DNA from: an uncultured Nitrososphaerales archaeon
GTDB lineage: Archaea; Thermoproteota; Nitrososphaeria; Nitrososphaerales; Nitrososphaeraceae
Direction of reading: 5' to 3'
Assembly: GCA_963713605.1 (NCBI GenBank)
Contig: CAVQMO010000001.1
Location: 864,001 to 928,000, forward strand
DNA length: 64,000 nucleotides
Shown: in pieces, positions 59,667-64,000 of the stretch
Numbering within the stretch: position 1 is the stretch's first letter
Layout: every line of letters begins with the position of its first letter
Notes under the pieces: model-generated
Told to the model about the DNA's origin: nothing
Seen by the model: the letters and a program-made list of their open reading frames with translations, nothing else
Database searches by the model: none
Translations under genes and position numbers: made by a program

Positions 59667-60233
59667 ATGGACAAGTCGGATCTCCTTGCAAGAATCATGC
59701 CCCATTTAAGTTGGCCGGCATCATTGGGAAATCCGATTTATGAGACATTTAGTCTATCGTCTGTAGTTGTTCTGATACACTTTACTAGATCTTCCCCCCA
59801 TATTCTCCTGACTAAAAGAAGTTCCAACCTCAAATCACATGGAGGAGAGATATCGTTTCCTGGCGGCCGGTATACCAAGGAAGATGATAATTTACTGAAC
59901 ACTGCTATTAGAGAAACGACTGAAGAGATAGGCATCAAACTTTCAAGGGATGACATTTTGGGCTGTCTTAATGCAGTGAGGACGCTTACGTCAAATTTTT
60001 TTATCGTCCCTTTCGTCAGCATTCTACAAAATATAGATCAACCTATTCCGTTCGCAGACGAAGTCGAAGCTGTATTGGATCTTCCTCTGGTATCCCTATT
60101 ATCCACGATGAGTCCAGACACAGAACATGTTTCGATAGACGAATTATACAAATTCAATTACAATTCGTACTTGATCTGGGGAGCGACTGCCCGAATCCTC
60201 AAACAGCTAAGCGAATACATTATCCAGCTATAA
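59667..60233 (+). CDS. Nudix hydrolase, CoA pyrophosphatase type
   Basis: LLTKRSSNLKSHGGEISFPGG, TAIRETTEEIG, IWGATA. Confidence 0.92.
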   Translation: MDKSDLLARIMPHLSWPASLGNPIYETFSLSSVVVLIHFTRSSPHILLTKRSSNLKSHGGEISFPGGRYTKEDDNLLNTAIRETTEEIGIKLSRDDILGCLNAVRTLTSNFFIVPFVSILQNIDQPIPFADEVEAVLDLPLVSLLSTMSPDTEHVSIDELYKFNYNSYLIWGATARILKQLSEYIIQL

Positions 60234-60353
60234 TAAGAAATGAACTGGCCTTCGTGCGTCGTGGATAACGCAGGCGAAGACCATCCTCTACTAGCTTTTT
60301 GGTAGATTTAACCCATTATACTTAAAGGAAAATACTACTAGACCCTTAATTTT

Positions 60354-60638
60354 ATGAATACATTCTATAATCTAACCTGGGAGACCTTGAAGATGATGCG
60401 AGTACTTGATCTTGTTGGGAGAATCCTTACACACGGAAATCACGTAGAAGTCAAGAAATCGAATCACGGATTAATGCTAATAGTCAGGCCCCAAAAAGTC
60501 CTTTCTCGTGATATAGGTGGCCTGATAAGAGATGGAGGTTTCAGACTCCAGCGATGCTATAGCGAGCCAGGGGGAGGAGCCGTACTCGTCTTCCTAAACG
60601 ATCGAGTTAAGGAAGGCGAATATGTTGAATATGGGTAG
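60354..60638 (+). CDS. Small hypothetical protein
   Basis: 94-aa ORF, no motif recognised. Confidence 0.45.
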   Translation: MNTFYNLTWETLKMMRVLDLVGRILTHGNHVEVKKSNHGLMLIVRPQKVLSRDIGGLIRDGGFRLQRCYSEPGGGAVLVFLNDRVKEGEYVEYG

Positions 60639-60788
60639 GTAACTAGGTAGGTACCTCGATACTACATGCATTCTTTATTGATGCCCTCTCCAGAGGGTTA
60701 GTACAATATGTTTGTATGCTAGTACTATATTGATGCTCTATATACAGAAAGAGAAAAAAGCCAAAGAACAACAATTCTGATCTCGCCT

Positions 60789-62223
60789 TTAAAGCAGCTT
60801 TTTTATCTCTTCCATCGAAGCATTGGTCTTGAAGCCAGTTTGCCTAAATGAAGTTCTACTTCCTCGATATCCTCCTTGAACAATCCGTTCCAAAATTGTG
60901 TTCATTGGAGGCGGGCTTATCTTCAATGCAGAGCCAACTTCGTCAATTGTATAGTAGAAAGGCTGATCATTGAGCTCCAGACTCAGCTAAATGGAACAGT
61001 TGAAATATATGACGAAAGTATTTTTGAGATAATAATTGGACTGATTTCTCTGAACATGGTGATTGTAGTGGTGATAGTAACGATCCTTCTGAATAAGATC
61101 CGATAAAACTACGATCGCTGTTGTTGTCCTTGGAGGGTGGCATAAAGTCACCTCGACTTAAATCGTAGCTTCGAGCACTATAATTATTTCCATTAATGCC
61201 TAATACATCAGAAATTAGTCGTTTATTAAATATCGGTTTAATCCATAGAGGACCAGCAATGGTTAATTTTTTATCATTTTTATTATTGTCATTCCTGCTG
61301 TTGCCTCCACAGATAATACATGTAAGTGGTAATTGAAACATAAACGGATGCTCTCTTCTGTTGCCGCAATTGAAGCAGTGAGTAATATAGCCCAAGTTAT
61401 CAACCAATTTGTTCGCTTCGTTACTGCTCACCCGAACTCTTACGTACACGCGGGAATAATGACGATGGGAATGAGCAAATATAGGTTCTATAGAAAGATC
61501 CATCCTTCCAGCTACTAACCCTAGAAAAGATATTAAAATTCGAATGGCAGTCTCATTTGAATAAGAACAGTTGATGGGCTTACTATAATACTTTCTGAAA
61601 CAAACCTTTGGATATTTTCCATAGAGTACTGCAGTATCAGTTGCAGTAACAGAAATGAGTCCACCATCTGTTACCGCTCTTAGTAAGGAATCTACATATG
61701 GTGACGGGCTGCCAAAGGGGTCAAGGTCCACGATAACGTATCTTTCTTTCTTATGTGAATCACGTTCGTTCAGAAATACGTGTACGTCTTTCTGAGAGTA
61801 TGAACATTTATATTCCACATAATTAAGTTTAGCCGATCCCTTGGCGGCTTCTATGGCAACTGGATTAAGATCATTAAGAATTACCTTATCTACAAGTGGA
61901 GTCTCCTTAGCTACTCTTATTGATCTAGCACCGACACCACTGAATGCATCAGCGAGGGTAATTGGTTCCTTTTTGAACTGACATGAATTCAGCCTAATAA
62001 AGGAAGTATAGATCTTAACAGATATGTCTCTGCTCAGCCTTGCAGCAGGGTTGAAGAATGCTGGAGTTCTTGGAGGAATATTCGTCCGAAGAGATTCTTT
62101 AGGAACAAGAAGAGTAGTACTTCCTTCACAAATTGGCGTGAATTCTTCGGTCAATTGTCGGTCAATTTCATATTTCAGGTTGTCACTTCTATCAATGAAT
62201 CGACCAAATTCATTGTCTGACAA
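60789..62223 (-). CDS. trm1: tRNA (guanine-26-N2)-dimethyltransferase; frameshift near 60980
   Basis: FFNP..LSRD, SGVGARSIR, DLDPFGSP, TATD, CxxC...CxxC, GPLW; C-terminus continues LNDQPFYY...GFKTNA in another frame. Confidence 0.93.
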
Positions 62224-62528
62224 TGTTCATCAATTCCATCCTTTAAATTTACAAACTAGCTCAACGCATGGTATATTACATGTTTCGAATAGTTGCGGGG
62301 GTGTCGAACAAAGGAAGGTACGTAAGAGGTGAGGCTTCAGATATTGTCATAGAAATTATGACAGTATCAACACTATCGGCAAGTGGGCATATATGGTCGA
62401 ACAATCTGTTGCTTGGTTGAATTAATTTGAAATTAATTACAGCGGCAAGAGGATCAGCGCTATAAGGGAAGGCGAGCCCTTTGGATGAAAACTATAAGTA
62501 AGAAAGCGTATTTTCCTACTCATAACAA

Positions 62529-63311
62529 GTGACCAGGAAAATTAGAGAAACTGTAGTCGATATCCACTACCATCTAGGATTTAAAGTTGATCAGATCTCA
62601 AAACCTGGTGCATTCCCATCTCAAGTTGGAAATCAGACCAACAGAATACTTGGAGGAGTAGATGAAGCTGGGAGAGGCGCAGTGATTGGTCCAATGGTTG
62701 TTGCGGGCGTAAGTTTTAGAGAAAAAGACATGCGTGAGTTGGAACGGATTGGAGTAAAGGATTCAAAAGAGCTTTCCAGAAAAGAGAGAGCCGAAAAATA
62801 TGGGCAAGTTGTCGGAATAGCAAGATCAATCTGTATTTGTGTAGTACAGACTACAGAGATAGATGATCATGTTTCTTTTAATAGACTAAACCATCTGGAA
62901 GCCTTGGCCATGGCTCAGGTTATCGATAACATGAATGCTAATAGCATATTTGTAGACTGTTGCGATGTAAATCAAGAAAAATTTAAAGCCTATATTCTGA
63001 GCAACCTCAAGAGAAGAATTCGAATAAGAAAGGGAAAGCTAGATATTTTTTCATTCCATCATGCAGATAGTTTGCATCTGGCAGTGTCAGCTGCTTCAAT
63101 AGTTGCTAAGGTGATCCGGGAAGAAGAGCTTGGTAACATTAAGAGGGTCCATCAAGGGATCGGTAGCGGATACCCATCGGATAAGAAGACGGCTGGCTTC
63201 ATTAAATCATGGATTGACGAGGCTGGTGTGGCTCCTCCATTTGTCAGAAATTCTTGGTTACCTGTTAAGAAGTTACTCAGGGAACGACAGCAACGACAAC
63301 TTGTACCTTAG
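62529..63311 (+). CDS. rnhB: Ribonuclease HII
   Basis: GVDEAGRG, GVKDSK, VSAASIVAKV, GSGYPSD, VRNSW. Confidence 0.95.
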   Translation: MTRKIRETVVDIHYHLGFKVDQISKPGAFPSQVGNQTNRILGGVDEAGRGAVIGPMVVAGVSFREKDMRELERIGVKDSKELSRKERAEKYGQVVGIARSICICVVQTTEIDDHVSFNRLNHLEALAMAQVIDNMNANSIFVDCCDVNQEKFKAYILSNLKRRIRIRKGKLDIFSFHHADSLHLAVSAASIVAKVIREEELGNIKRVHQGIGSGYPSDKKTAGFIKSWIDEAGVAPPFVRNSWLPVKKLLRERQQRQLVP

Positions 63312-63389
63312 CCTCGAGGCTCAGGAATAGGACGAACAGGGAAAGGCGTTGCAGATTGGAAAAGCTTTGATCCCTTGCGATGGGGCATT

Positions 63390-64000
63390 TTACTTCGAGT
63401 ACAGTGCATAAATCATGCCATGGTCCTTATCAAAGGGTTCAAGGTCAATTATCTGCTGTATGTTGAACCCATTTGATTCGAGTTTCTTTGCTTCCTCCTT
63501 TATCACTACCTTAGGGTCTTTGACCACATCTATACTTCTAGACTTTACAACCAGAAGTAATACTCCTCCCTTTTCTAGGTATACCTTGCAGTTCTCAATG
63601 GCAATATCGGTCTGATCGGGTTGAGCTATATCACAGTATACTATCTGTACCGTCCCAAATACAGAATAATATGATTTTGGCCTACGACCATCTTCAACGA
63701 TTGGAATTATGTTATACCTACGCGTTGCCACATTCTCTAAAAGCTCTCGTGCAACTCTAACCGCAGGCTCTACCGCAAATAGGATACCTTCATTTCCGAT
63801 AATATCCGATATATGACTTACAGTAGTACCTGTTGAAGCGCCTAGATATAATACCCTGGAACCAACTCTAAAGGGAAAATTCTGCATTCCTTTATGAACG
63901 GCCGCAGCTAACTTGCTCCTATACACGTCCCATTGTCTAAATTCCATATGATTATCCTGTATGAGCCGCTCACCGTATACAGTGTTCCCTTTGTCTAAAT
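63390..64000 (-). CDS. flpA: Fibrillarin-like rRNA/tRNA 2'-O-methyltransferase (5' end outside the window)
   Basis: TVYGE, RSKLAAA, VLYLGASTGTTVSHISD, DIAQPDQ. Confidence 0.95.
   Translation of the reverse strand, partial: LDKGNTVYGERLIQDNHMEFRQWDVYRSKLAAAVHKGMQNFPFRVGSRVLYLGASTGTTVSHISDIIGNEGILFAVEPAVRVARELLENVATRRYNIIPIVEDGRRPKSYYSVFGTVQIVYCDIAQPDQTDIAIENCKVYLEKGGVLLLVVKSRSIDVVKDPKVVIKEEAKKLESNGFNIQQIIDLEPFDKDHGMIYALYSK

Overview
This is archaeal DNA from an ammonia-oxidising thaumarchaeote, most likely Nitrososphaeraceae. The call rests on the 16S-23S rRNA operon with no spacer tRNA or linked 5S, the FBP aldolase/phosphatase, L39e/L31e/L40e, the divergent FtsZ-like gene, membrane cupredoxins and DPSL. 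Many genes are broken by single-base indels, including essential ones (aspS, hemL, trm1) and invariant 23S positions, so the sequence looks like an unpolished long-read assembly and not a set of true pseudogenes. Most of the window is housekeeping: Suf, aspS, ribosomal proteins, tRNA modification, hemL, the rRNA operon, gluconeogenesis, ubiD, rnhB and fibrillarin. Two regions stand out. (1) An accessory block at about 29-42 kb carries an emfourin inhibitor gene missing from the ORF track upstream of a protealysin-like M4 protease, a variant cupredoxin, a papain-like protease and a DyP peroxidase. It also carries a roughly 10-TM membrane protein transcribed divergently from a tandem array of four paralogues of an uncharacterised Trp-rich family (one exported, three apparently cytoplasmic). 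This array is the best candidate for an undescribed system. (2) A signalling cluster at about 50-56 kb contains a cyclase-receiver fusion, a stand-alone receiver, a MinD/ParA ATPase, DPSL and a histidine kinase with a TRASH-like Cys domain. No tRNA, CRISPR array or transposase was recognised. All family calls are from motif recognition by eye, without database searches.
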